A stretch of DNA of 64,000 nt, taken from IMG/VR virus record IMGVR_UViG_3300033069_001465; one strand, given 5' to 3'. Origin of the DNA: a virus (lineage: Duplodnaviria > Caudoviricetes). Shown here in pieces: positions 30,091-39,918 of the stretch; position 1 is the stretch's first letter; the number at the start of each line of letters is the position of its first letter. A program made the position numbers and the translations under genes. A model generated the notes under the pieces. The model worked only from the letters and a program-made list of their open reading frames with translations. It searched no databases and had not been told where the DNA came from.

Positions 30091-30125
30091 AAAAAAGTCG
30101 TATAGAAATATACGACTTTTTTTTT
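30091..30125 (+). terminator. Intrinsic terminator with GAAA tetraloop
   Basis: AAAAAAGTCGTATA-GAAA-TATACGACTTTTTT. Confidence 0.9.
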
Positions 30126-30145
30126 ATCTTTTTTATATATAGGAT

Positions 30146-30730
30146 ATGAATATTCAGAAGATAAGATTAATTAAAAAGTATCATACAATTATCTCATTTA
30201 TTATCTTCTGTTCCACATTAATATATGGTATATTTAAAATTAATTTACCAATAACATCCGAAGCTCTTTCAAGATTTGGAACTTATAAAGAAACAAATTT
30301 TATATGGATATCATCATTATTACTGATAATTACATCCATATGTATAAATTCTACAACAATATCGGAATGGAATTTGAAGTATAAGAAATTAACAAGATTA
30401 TTATTTAATATAGCAATTTTTGGACTATTTAATGTTGCTTTCATTAATATGGACCACAATAAAACTTTACATAATATATCAGCTGGTATTTTTTTCTTAT
30501 TTTATACTATTTCAATATTCTTTACAGGTATTCAAATGATTAAAAATGATTTTAGAATAGCAATATCCTCGATATTAATATCAATATTAATGTTAATAAG
30601 TATAGTATTTCTATTACATAGAATACAATCTATTTCAGAGATATCATTTATAATATTAAGCTTCCTTTGGAATTTTATTATCATTTATTCAATTGAATTT
30701 AAAAAATTGTTGAAATTATTGGGATTTTAA
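30146..30730 (+). CDS. Multi-pass membrane protein (DUF998/Frag1-like pattern)
   Basis: About 6 hydrophobic helices; ALSRFG, LHNISAGIFF, SE motifs. Confidence 0.65.
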   Translation: MNIQKIRLIKKYHTIISFIIFCSTLIYGIFKINLPITSEALSRFGTYKETNFIWISSLLLIITSICINSTTISEWNLKYKKLTRLLFNIAIFGLFNVAFINMDHNKTLHNISAGIFFLFYTISIFFTGIQMIKNDFRIAISSILISILMLISIVFLLHRIQSISEISFIILSFLWNFIIIYSIEFKKLLKLLGF

Positions 30731-30754
30731 TTCATTTTAATTATATATATCTAT

Positions 30755-31537
30755 ATGACAATAGATGTAAAACAATTTCTTGAAGAAAATCCAAATGTTA
30801 AAAAAGTTGTACTCAATCAGTTTTTTGGACTTGGTGATATACTCTTTATTGAGCCTATTTATAGATATCTACATGATTTAGGATTGGAAGTTATAGCTCC
30901 AATTCAAGATGGATACATATGGATACAAGAACATATTAATTATGTTCATTTTAAAAAAATGTCTGAATATAACATAGATTATGAAAGATTTGAACATGGA
31001 TTATTAATATTAAATGGTAATATTATTGAAGATACACTATACTTACCAACAAGATTTTCTGATCAAATATTTAGAGATTTAAGACCACATGACTCATCCG
31101 CTTCAAGATATTGGATGAGTGATAAATATAGAGTTTTAGGACTACCAGTTGAACAATGGGAAAGTATTAAATTTACAAGAAACTATGAAAGAGAAGAAAA
31201 ATTGAAACAACTTGTATTAAATGATATAACCGAATATGACTTTTATAATCCATTTTTTCAAAATAGCTTAAATGTAAATTTAGGACTAGATGAAATTGTT
31301 AAATGTGATTTACCTTTAATACAAATGAACAAAATAGATGATTATACTATGATAGATTGGTGTGGTATAATAGAGGGTGCTCGAAAGGTTAGTACCGTAT
31401 CAACTTCCTTACTATATATGATACAATCTATATATCAACCTGGAAAAGAATATCACTTATATCCAAGGTTACCAGAAAGATCCTTTTATACAGTAGAAGA
31501 CTTTCTACCAAGTTATTGGATAAAACACGAAATGTAA
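30755..31537 (+). CDS. Putative glycosyltransferase (GT-B / GT9-like)
   Basis: QFFGLGDILF N-terminal motif; IDWCGIIEGARKVSTVSTSL C-terminal motif. Confidence 0.6.
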   Translation: MTIDVKQFLEENPNVKKVVLNQFFGLGDILFIEPIYRYLHDLGLEVIAPIQDGYIWIQEHINYVHFKKMSEYNIDYERFEHGLLILNGNIIEDTLYLPTRFSDQIFRDLRPHDSSASRYWMSDKYRVLGLPVEQWESIKFTRNYEREEKLKQLVLNDITEYDFYNPFFQNSLNVNLGLDEIVKCDLPLIQMNKIDDYTMIDWCGIIEGARKVSTVSTSLLYMIQSIYQPGKEYHLYPRLPERSFYTVEDFLPSYWIKHEM

Positions 31538-31538
31538 T

Positions 31539-32243
31539 ATGAATTGCTTTATAATAATGCACAATAGGCTATCTAATCCAAAAAAGATGGCAGAATTTCT
31601 ATCAGATCATGATATAAATGTTATATTTATAGATAATAACTCCACATATCAGCCATTATTGAATTGGTATGAAGACTGTCCATATAAAGTATATCGATTA
31701 AAAGAAAATTTAGGGCATAAATGCCTTTACAGATCTGGAATTTTAAATGATTATAAAGATCAGCACTATATACTAACCGATCCTGACTTGGATATATATG
31801 ATGTCCCTGATGATTTTTTGAATTTTTTAATGAAAGGATTTAAAAATGTAAATATTATAAAGAGTGGATTTTCGCTTAAGATAGATGATTTACCAAAGAA
31901 TGATTATACAAAAATGATATATGATTGGGAGATAAAATTTTGGCAGAGACCACAAGATGAATATGGATTCTATTTTTCTGAGCTTGATACAACATTTGCA
32001 ATCTATGATAGAAATAGAGAATGGGATGGGTTTATGAGTGATACACCAGAAAATATGACCAGTAACAATTTCTTTCAAGCAGTTAGGTCACCTGAGCCAT
32101 ATTCTTGTAGGCATTTACCATGGTATATTACTCCTGATACTTTATCGGAAGAAGAAGTTTATTATATGAAAACGACTGGAACTTATTGGTCATCTAACTT
32201 TAGAAATATTTTTAAAGATGAATTAAAAAAATATAAATTATGA
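31539..32243 (+). CDS. Glycosyltransferase family 2 (GT-A fold)
   Basis: IIMHNR, IFIDNNSTY, ENLGH, LTDPD (DxD), DTTFAIY. Confidence 0.8.
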   Translation: MNCFIIMHNRLSNPKKMAEFLSDHDINVIFIDNNSTYQPLLNWYEDCPYKVYRLKENLGHKCLYRSGILNDYKDQHYILTDPDLDIYDVPDDFLNFLMKGFKNVNIIKSGFSLKIDDLPKNDYTKMIYDWEIKFWQRPQDEYGFYFSELDTTFAIYDRNREWDGFMSDTPENMTSNNFFQAVRSPEPYSCRHLPWYITPDTLSEEEVYYMKTTGTYWSSNFRNIFKDELKKYKL

Positions 32244-32797
32244 ATAAAATAAAATATACTGACATAATAACAAGCAATGATCTAATTAGAAATGCCCTAA
32301 TAAATGATGAATTTATTGGATTTACTGAGGATTACTTGATTATACATTGTTTAATATCTGAATGGAAACCAAAAAGAATTTTCGAAATAGGAACAAATAC
32401 AGGTAGGGGTTGTTTAATAATGAAAAATGCTTCCCCTGATTCTGAAATAATAACATTAGATATAAGAAAATGTGGAGAAATGTGTCCTCAAGGTGTAGTT
32501 AAAATAGTAGGAGATTCACTAAACTATGACTTTAGTATTCATTATCCAATTGATTGTTGGTTTATAGATGGTGATCATACATATGAAAATGCAAATAAAG
32601 AAACATTACAAGCTATTAAAGCTGGTTCTAAATATATTATTTATCATGATGCTGATTTAGATGGTGTTTATAATGGTATAATGGATGCATTTGGAAGTAA
32701 TCCAGAATATGATTTATATCAAGTTACGAATCCACCATATATTTACTCATCAACTGGAAAAGATGTTACAAGAATCGCATATGCAATAAAGAAATAA
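32240..32797 (+). CDS. Class I SAM-dependent methyltransferase (Methyltransf_24-like, sugar O-methylation type)
   Basis: IFEIGTNTG, TLDI, GDS, FIDGDHTYE, IIYHD. Confidence 0.85.
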   Translation: MNKIKYTDIITSNDLIRNALINDEFIGFTEDYLIIHCLISEWKPKRIFEIGTNTGRGCLIMKNASPDSEIITLDIRKCGEMCPQGVVKIVGDSLNYDFSIHYPIDCWFIDGDHTYENANKETLQAIKAGSKYIIYHDADLDGVYNGIMDAFGSNPEYDLYQVTNPPYIYSSTGKDVTRIAYAIKK

Positions 32798-32798
32798 G

Positions 32799-33461
32799 AT
32801 GAAAATATTTTCAATACATTATAATAAGCCAGAATATATTGAGATACAGAAATCATCAATAGATAAATATGTTAAATTTGAACATGAATTTATAGTAATA
32901 GACAATTCTATTGATATCAATATTAAAAAGGAAATAGTTAATATTACAAATAATTTAGGTATAAAATATTATGATTGTAATAATACATCTCCTTCTGTTG
33001 GGTCATCCTCACATCAACATGCTTTAAGATATTTATTAAGTATTATAAATGATGGCGATAGTATTATGATTATGGATCATGATATATTCCCTATAGATTA
33101 TATTGATGAAAGCTATTACGAAAATTGTGATGTAGTTTGCTTAAATCATATTAAAGGACATGTGATATACCCATGGCCCGGTTTAATTATACTTAATAAT
33201 ATTAGAAATAAAAATCAAATGTCATTTGATCCTGGAAATATTGATGGATTTAATTGTGATACAGGTGGTAATATGCATTATTACATTCGAAATAATAATC
33301 TTAAAATAAAGGAAATTGCAGAAAGACATATGTATCAAGATGAATTATTAATGTCCACAATGGATTATTTATTTATCCACCTAATTTCAGGGTCGGACTG
33401 GAACAAAGATTATGATTTACAGGGTAAATTAAATCTTATAAAAGATAAATTAAAATTATGA
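32799..33461 (+). CDS. Putative glycosyltransferase (GT-A fold)
   Basis: IVIDNS, SSSHQHAL, IMDHDIFP (DxD), DTGG, FIH..SGSDW. Confidence 0.7.
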   Translation: MKIFSIHYNKPEYIEIQKSSIDKYVKFEHEFIVIDNSIDINIKKEIVNITNNLGIKYYDCNNTSPSVGSSSHQHALRYLLSIINDGDSIMIMDHDIFPIDYIDESYYENCDVVCLNHIKGHVIYPWPGLIILNNIRNKNQMSFDPGNIDGFNCDTGGNMHYYIRNNNLKIKEIAERHMYQDELLMSTMDYLFIHLISGSDWNKDYDLQGKLNLIKDKLKL

Positions 33462-34099
33462 TAGAAATAACAAGTAAGAGAATTAAAGGTTCAGGAAAAG
33501 GTGAACAAATGAAATTTCCAACTATTAATTTCATTTTAGATAAATTACCAAATGGGTTAGAACAGGGTCTATATGCTACGGTGGGCCAACTTGGTAGAGG
33601 TGTATCACTTATATCAATAGATAAGGGCAAATATAGAATTGAAACGCATATTATTAATGCAGGTGATAGATGGAATAATAAAATAACAGTAAACGTTGGT
33701 AGTGATTATAATATTAAATTTTTAGATAAGTTAAGAGATCCGAAAAGAACTCGTGATATTGAAAATTTAATTAAGGGAGATCTTGATTTGGCAAAGGATT
33801 ATTTTGATAAATTTAAAACTTGTCTATCATGTCAATTATGTTATATACAAGACTACGGGTATTCTAATTATACAGTTGAAGGTTCTGATATAGGATGTTA
33901 TGCTGACGTATTTGGTGAAGTTGAGTATGATAGTTATTATTCTGAGGAGGTATATAATTCATATGGTTGTAAATATATGTCTCCTGGCGAGCATTGGGAT
34001 TTAGATGTTGATGGTGAGAATGAAAAGCCATCGGATCAATGGATAAAATCCACAGTTAGAGATATTAAATTAGATTATATTTTAAACAAAAAAAAGTGA
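33458..34099 (+). CDS. Riboflavin-kinase-like domain fused to a Cys-containing domain; ends in RDIKLDYIL
   Basis: KGSGKGEQMKFPTINF (cf. RibF GxGxGRxLGFPTAN), GLYA, IETHII, IKFLDKLRDPK. Confidence 0.65.
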   Translation: MIEITSKRIKGSGKGEQMKFPTINFILDKLPNGLEQGLYATVGQLGRGVSLISIDKGKYRIETHIINAGDRWNNKITVNVGSDYNIKFLDKLRDPKRTRDIENLIKGDLDLAKDYFDKFKTCLSCQLCYIQDYGYSNYTVEGSDIGCYADVFGEVEYDSYYSEEVYNSYGCKYMSPGEHWDLDVDGENEKPSDQWIKSTVRDIKLDYILNKKK

Positions 34100-34119
34100 G
34101 AAGAAATTCTCACTTTTTT
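34090..34119. terminator. Bidirectional terminator containing the stop codons of both convergent genes
   Basis: AAAAAAGTGAGAA-GAAA-TTCTCACTTTTTT; TGA at 34097-34099 (+) and 34112-34110 (-). Confidence 0.85.
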
Positions 34120-35684
34120 GTATAGACAAATTTAATGTTTCCACTGTCGTATATTCTATTATATCCTATTTCTTTCATTATTTGAGATTCTGATTTTTGA
34201 GGATCAAATCCATTTTTAACTAATTTATTTTTAGTATAATTAAATCTATTTTTCCTAAGGCCATTAATAACATAATAGTAATTTGGTTCAGTAAATTTAT
34301 CCATAGAAAATCCTAATCTTTTGTACAAATTTCCATTTGACCAGCACCTATCGGCATAACTTACTATATTTATTGGTGAATATTTTCGAATAAAAAATGA
34401 AAATAATTTTGATGCTCCACCAACAATTGTTGTATTTAATCGATTACAAAATCTTAATAGTTCATAATATCCATCTTTACTTTTTTGCCCTAGTGATTTT
34501 CTTAAATTACCAAAGGTCATTATACTAACAATCTCATTTTTATAAAAGAGTGCAATTCGATATTTTGAGATACAATTTCCCTGAATGTGATTTTCATTTA
34601 AAAATGAAATAGATTCCTTATAACTTATTTCTCTAACCTCACAAAGTCTAGCCCATATTCTACCTGATATACCAATTATGTTACTTATTCTTGATTCAAC
34701 TATTTCCCTTTTAAATTTCCAGTCATCCTCCCAAATATGAATAAGTTTTATGCCTTTATCTTCAGCCATATTTGTCTTATTCAAATGATATTTCTTAGAT
34801 TTATATTTATCCGAATGCCAAAATATTCCATTAAACTCAATTCCTAATTTTATATCTGGTAAATAAATATCTATTTCCATTCCTATTGCAGATCGATCAT
34901 TAGGTATAATAATATTACTATAAATAGATTTTATGAAGTTATATAATTGATTTTGAGAATCTGATTCATTGCTAATTTTATTACAGACAGTACATATTGT
35001 ATTAGAATTGGATATCCTATCATTTAACATATTTTTGTGAATGGAAAATTCATGATTTTCTTGACATCTTAATTTATAAATTGATGAATCAACTATTGAT
35101 ATAAATTGAATATTATATTTCTTAACCTTTTCAGATAAATACAATTTTAATTTATCATTTTGGATATTATTTAGGACTTCAGATTTATTAGTCATTGATT
35201 TTGATAAATTGATCCTAGCATCTGGACTTTGTGATATATACTCAAATCCATACTTTTTTAAATTACTCTCCCTTACTTTGTTTTTAGTATCTGATAATGT
35301 AGAAATGTTATCAACACCATATTTTTCCATTATAGATTCATTATATTTCTCTTTAATATATGTATCTTTCATAGGATTGTCAACACCATATTTTTTAATA
35401 CAGGATTGCATCCTTTTATTTTTTATAGTAGTATCATTAGATAAACATTTAGTAGAGCAAAAAGTAGTATAACCTTTTTGTATGCTTTTAAATTTTAATT
35501 TACCCCCACAGTAGCAAACGGGTGGAATTGTTAGTGAATTGATGTGTAGATATAACTTCTCTTTCCATGTAATCTCAGAGAACAAGCTATTAATAAAAGA
35601 GTGAAAAACAGGAAAGTTTTCACTTATCCATTTTTCACTCTTGTTTTTATTTTTATTTGATAATATTTCTTTAATATAATCCAT
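34110..35684 (-). mobile_element. Free-standing homing-endonuclease-like gene, paralog of 9469..10953
   Basis: CYCG..FCSTKC, KYGVDN repeats, EIDIYLPDIKLGIEFNGIFWHS, HIWEDDW, MTFGNLRKSLGQKSKDG.YELLRFCN. Confidence 0.8.
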
Positions 35685-35715
35685 ATTAGATTATATATTA
35701 AAAAATATAAATTGT

Positions 35716-36333
35716 TTAATATCCAGGAACCAAAGGAGGTTGAATTGTAAAGTTTCCGTCAATGTACTCATCAATCCAGTAGTCTGCTACAAATTTAGCA
35801 CCCACATCACTCCAAATTTCATTTGAGTTCCAAGCTAATGATGGAGCATCAATACCTCTTAATTGGGCATTTTGGAAAGTAACTCTTCTTAATACAACAC
35901 CTTTTTTATCGTGTTGGTTAACAATGATTGTACCAATGATATCTGATTTATAATGTAAAGTACCATTTTGAGAATTCCATACTAAATCATACCATGCTTT
36001 TAAAACATTCCAAGTTTCCATTGAGTTTTGATCATTAACGTTTACGTTAAACTTAATATCAAATTCTATGTGTGTTTGACCTGGAGTTGTTAAGAACGCT
36101 CTGGTTGAGTATTTAAACCTCTGATCTTTGATATCAATGTCTTTAGTTAAATCTAAAGTAACACTGTTAGCTTGTTGAAGCATTAAAATTGGATCTCTAC
36201 CTTGCGCTTGCAAAATAGTAGGTAATATGAATGTTATTTCGAATAGATTTAAGTAAACAGGCTCTTGTGGCTTGGTTCCTGGGCCACCTGGGCTCCCTGT
36301 CATTAAAAGTTGTGTAAAATGTGGTAAAGGCAT
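35716..36333 (-). CDS. gp19: Tail tube protein (T4 gp19-like)
   Basis: EPVYLNLFEITF, LKAWYDLVWNSQNG..HYKSDIIGTIIVNQHDKKG.VLRRVTF, FVADYW. Confidence 0.85.
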   Translation of the reverse strand: MPLPHFTQLLMTGSPGGPGTKPQEPVYLNLFEITFILPTILQAQGRDPILMLQQANSVTLDLTKDIDIKDQRFKYSTRAFLTTPGQTHIEFDIKFNVNVNDQNSMETWNVLKAWYDLVWNSQNGTLHYKSDIIGTIIVNQHDKKGVVLRRVTFQNAQLRGIDAPSLAWNSNEIWSDVGAKFVADYWIDEYIDGNFTIQPPLVPGY

Positions 36334-36410
36334 TTTCTTTTATTATTTTTTATAAGTTATATATTAAAATACTTTTTGTCTCTATTAAGTATCTTTTATA
36401 ATGTATATAT

Positions 36411-36848
36411 TTAATACAAAATATCATTTTTTACTATTTCAGTTTTAGATTTTTTTTTAGGAAACATTGGCTTGTATATCCATGCCGAATATCTTTTTTT
36501 ATCTGGATTCCTACCTGCCCAATAATGTCCTTTAGCCTCAAATCCAAATTTTATTAGTCTATCTTTTAATTTTTTCATATCACCAATAAACTCTTTGATA
36601 TTTAATTTATCTGAAATATTTATTAATATTTCAAAGTATTTATCATCCTGATTGTAACTACCAGAGTAGTTGCATACCGAATCATCATCATTTGTATTTG
36701 GCATGTCTCTTTTTTGTGAAAAAAATACCATTTGATATTTATCTGCAATTTGAGCTTGAAAGAAATCTAATATATCATCACAATCACTTTTTGATAGGTC
36801 TAACTTCACCTCACCATTATAACTATCAAATAATTTAAGATATTTCAT
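36411..36848 (-). CDS. Tagged hypothetical protein (start MKYLKLFDSY at 36848)
   Basis: An internal ATG gives the canonical tag; the ORF-track start at 36881 adds 11 codons. Confidence 0.7.
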   Translation of the reverse strand: MKYLKLFDSYNGEVKLDLSKSDCDDILDFFQAQIADKYQMVFFSQKRDMPNTNDDDSVCNYSGSYNQDDKYFEILINISDKLNIKEFIGDMKKLKDRLIKFGFEAKGHYWAGRNPDKKRYSAWIYKPMFPKKKSKTEIVKNDILY

Positions 36849-36877
36849 ACACTGATTGATATTATTACTAGTTAACT

Positions 36878-37135
36878 TCAAAGTTTATAGTCTCTACTTA
36901 CCCTCCAAAGTGGATTTTCATTTCTCGGAGTAGATATTGTATAGTTTATTTTATCTGAGAAGTAATCTTCTCTGACGACTTCAAATAGTAATTGTGTTGT
37001 ATCTGGAAATTCTATTACAACTCCTTTAACAATATATTCATCATTACGAACTGGTTTGCTATAATTACTAGGTGCTATAGATGCCGCCATTGAGTATAGT
37101 GATTCAGTAAATGATAAAAAGTTCTTTATTTCCAT
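36878..37135 (-). CDS. Tagged small protein (MEIKNFLSFTES...)
   Basis: Tag variant; TAATATATA box 5 nt upstream. Confidence 0.68.
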   Translation of the reverse strand: MEIKNFLSFTESLYSMAASIAPSNYSKPVRNDEYIVKGVVIEFPDTTQLLFEVVREDYFSDKINYTISTPRNENPLWRVSRDYKL

Positions 37136-37166
37136 ATATTTATATATTAATTTTAATATATAAATA

Positions 37167-37805
37167 ATGAAATATTTAAAAATATTTGAAGCATATTCTA
37201 TTGAGGACTATCAAAAGGCGTTGAATTCGTTGAAAGATATGGTGAAGAAGAATAAGCCCAATGAAGATATATTAGCTTTTATTAATGTATATTATAGTGA
37301 TAGTGCTAAAAATCTCAATGAAATTAGAATTATGCTAGATAGGATAGAAAGAACGTATGCTCATTATAAAAATTATGTATTTTATAACAGAAAGACTAGA
37401 AGAATTCGAAAAAGAGGAGGTGGATATGAAGATAAAGATGTATCTGATTATAAACAATTTTATATGTTTCAAGCTGAAAATAAGGCAATTTTAGTTTCAT
37501 TTTTAGATAATCAAAAGAAAATATATGATAAAAATATTAACGAAATAAATGATATTGATACAAAGACAATTCAATTTTTAATTAATAAATTATTTGAAAT
37601 ATTAGAATGGGTTAATGAAACAGGTGTAGAGAAAAATAGAATAAAAACTAGTAGATATGCCGGGGAAACCCCAAAGTCAGACGAAGATATACTAAGAGAA
37701 ATTGAGAGTCTTAATGATATGGACTTTGAAAATGAGACTGAGGAGGTTTCAAAAATAATCAGAAGATGTAAAATACAAATAAAAAACGCTATAAACTCAA
37801 AATGA
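37167..37805 (+). CDS. Tagged hypothetical protein (MKYLKIFEAY...)
   Basis: Tag; TAATATATA box 4 nt upstream. Confidence 0.75.
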   Translation: MKYLKIFEAYSIEDYQKALNSLKDMVKKNKPNEDILAFINVYYSDSAKNLNEIRIMLDRIERTYAHYKNYVFYNRKTRRIRKRGGGYEDKDVSDYKQFYMFQAENKAILVSFLDNQKKIYDKNINEINDIDTKTIQFLINKLFEILEWVNETGVEKNRIKTSRYAGETPKSDEDILREIESLNDMDFENETEEVSKIIRRCKIQIKNAINSK

Positions 37806-38656
37806 AATATCTATTAGAATTAAATGAATTTGACTCTGAAAATAGAATTGATCAAATATGTAAGCGTATTGAGAATACCGGTTATATCTCCAGATCTACT
37901 GAAAAAGAACTTGGTGAATTAACAGGAATACATGATATTGTTGATCAAATTTATCGTAAGGTGAATGAGATTTATAAGTTCTATAATAAATTTTCAAAAG
38001 ATTATATAGATGATATATTACTTGAGTTTTTTGAATCAAGTCCCTATACATATAAAATAAATATAGGGGTCTTTTTACCGAAGAAACATTATTATTCAAC
38101 TCATGGGGATATTAATACCAATTTTTTATTTGGTGATAATTATGATAATGCTAATGATAAGCAACAATATTTATTATCATCGTTACTATCATTTGTTAAA
38201 AAAATAAACAAAAAGTCACATAGATTGGCGGATAAACAAAGAGAGGAAAGAAAGAATAACAAATTTTGGATATCACAACCAAGAAGCAGAAAAGTTCATG
38301 TTACAAATTATTTTAAGTATTTCTTATTAATGAAGCCTCTTGTAAATATTGATATTTATCACCGAGAATGGGCAAGTTATTATCAAAATGATACTGAGTA
38401 TTGTTTAGCAATGAATGGATGGAATCAAAAGCAGTTTTCTGCAAATTGGGTAGATGATTCAATAGCGAGTAAAATAAAAAGAAGATTTGACTATATACAT
38501 CCATGTAGTGTTGAATCTGCTTATCACGATTCATATACTTACCGTCAATGGTATGATGGTGAAATTGAAGATGAAGATGGTAATATCATAAGAAATACTG
38601 TTAGGAATCCAAATCCCATATTATTACATGGTATGCTAAATATCAAATTCAACTAA
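37802..38656 (+). CDS. Tagged hypothetical protein (MKYLLELNEFDSE...)
   Basis: Tag variant; ATGA overlap; DYIDDILLEF segment. Confidence 0.72.
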   Translation: MKYLLELNEFDSENRIDQICKRIENTGYISRSTEKELGELTGIHDIVDQIYRKVNEIYKFYNKFSKDYIDDILLEFFESSPYTYKINIGVFLPKKHYYSTHGDINTNFLFGDNYDNANDKQQYLLSSLLSFVKKINKKSHRLADKQREERKNNKFWISQPRSRKVHVTNYFKYFLLMKPLVNIDIYHREWASYYQNDTEYCLAMNGWNQKQFSANWVDDSIASKIKRRFDYIHPCSVESAYHDSYTYRQWYDGEIEDEDGNIIRNTVRNPNPILLHGMLNIKFN

Positions 38657-38674
38657 TTTTCTTATATTTGTAAT

Positions 38675-38986
38675 ATGAGTTTAAATTTACTATCTGAACT
38701 AATAGGGAAAGAAGTCAGTTATATACCGAATGATGACACTGTGGTTATAAATAGATGGAATAAAAATTATACTACGATTGATAAAGAAGGAACTGATGAA
38801 TTAATCAGAGTATTTATCTTGACTTTAGATAGTGGATGCATTGAGACCAATGAAGAAAATTATGTATTAGACTACGAATATATCTCCAAAAACAAAAAAA
38901 AGATACTTGATGATATAGATATGTCAAAGGTAAGCTTGCTATTATCACAACTAAGAGATATTAAATTGAGAAAAATATTATCTTAA
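38675..38986 (+). CDS. Hypothetical protein ending in LRDIKLRKILS
   Basis: ORF track; TATATTTG (Bacteroidota -7-like) at 38663-38670. Confidence 0.68.
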   Translation: MSLNLLSELIGKEVSYIPNDDTVVINRWNKNYTTIDKEGTDELIRVFILTLDSGCIETNEENYVLDYEYISKNKKKILDDIDMSKVSLLLSQLRDIKLRKILS

Positions 38987-39906
38987 GAATCTGCGTATTT
39001 ATCAACCATTATTGAGAAGAGACGATAGAACTTTTTAGAAAATACCTTCTTTCTTTTATTTATTTCTAATTCAAAAGATTTTCTATATTTTTGTATTAAC
39101 ACTTTATCTTCTTTAGAATATATGTTCATCTTAGTTTTTAGAATGTTTTTTAAGTCAAAATATATCTCTTTAAACATATCAGTATAAGAATATCCTGGTT
39201 TAAAATCTTTTTTAGTTATAAGATAAAAAAGACGATTAATATCACTTTCTTTTAAATAGTTTGAAAAATTAAACTCTTTACTTACTTTTTCCCCATTAAA
39301 ATATCCAACCCACCAAGTGTATGTCATATCATCACAGGTATTTAAAAATCCTTTAATTACATCTATAATGAAATCTTTTGATACGGATTTGTCATTAGGT
39401 GATTGTTTTTTTATATCGATTATTTTCTTTAGATAAATATCAAGATCAACATAATATCCATGATATTTCGCCTCAAATTCATCTATATCATAGACATAGA
39501 ATATTTGTTTTTGAACCTTAATTGGATCCTTATCCTTAAGATCCATATTACTAATTAACTTATGTGTTTTGTATATAAAATCATTAAAGTGACTACCCTT
39601 ATTTTTAATGGCCCTTGATAAATGCTTCATTTCATGAAGTAATGTGGAATAATCATTTCTATCTTTAAGTAGAACAGTCATTTCCTTATTATCGTCTGAT
39701 ATAATAAATCTACCTGATGCAGTTTTATCAAATTTACCTATGATTAATTTAAAAAAGTAATTTCCTGATGTTTCATATAATATGAAACTAAATTCATTTT
39801 TATTAGAATGCTTTATCTTCTTATAAATTTCTTGTGCTTGTGATTCGATGTCCTTATCAATTCCTAATGCCTCTGTAATAAACTCAGAAAAGTTTCTAAT
39901 TTTCAT
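38983..39906 (-). CDS. Tagged zincin-like metallopeptidase
   Basis: STLLHEMKH (HEXXH) and downstream DEFEAKY; tag MKIRNFSEFITEA. Confidence 0.65.
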   Translation of the reverse strand: MKIRNFSEFITEALGIDKDIESQAQEIYKKIKHSNKNEFSFILYETSGNYFFKLIIGKFDKTASGRFIISDDNKEMTVLLKDRNDYSTLLHEMKHLSRAIKNKGSHFNDFIYKTHKLISNMDLKDKDPIKVQKQIFYVYDIDEFEAKYHGYYVDLDIYLKKIIDIKKQSPNDKSVSKDFIIDVIKGFLNTCDDMTYTWWVGYFNGEKVSKEFNFSNYLKESDINRLFYLITKKDFKPGYSYTDMFKEIYFDLKNILKTKMNIYSKEDKVLIQKYRKSFELEINKRKKVFSKKFYRLFSIMVDKYADS

Positions 39907-39918
39907 ATATGTATATAT

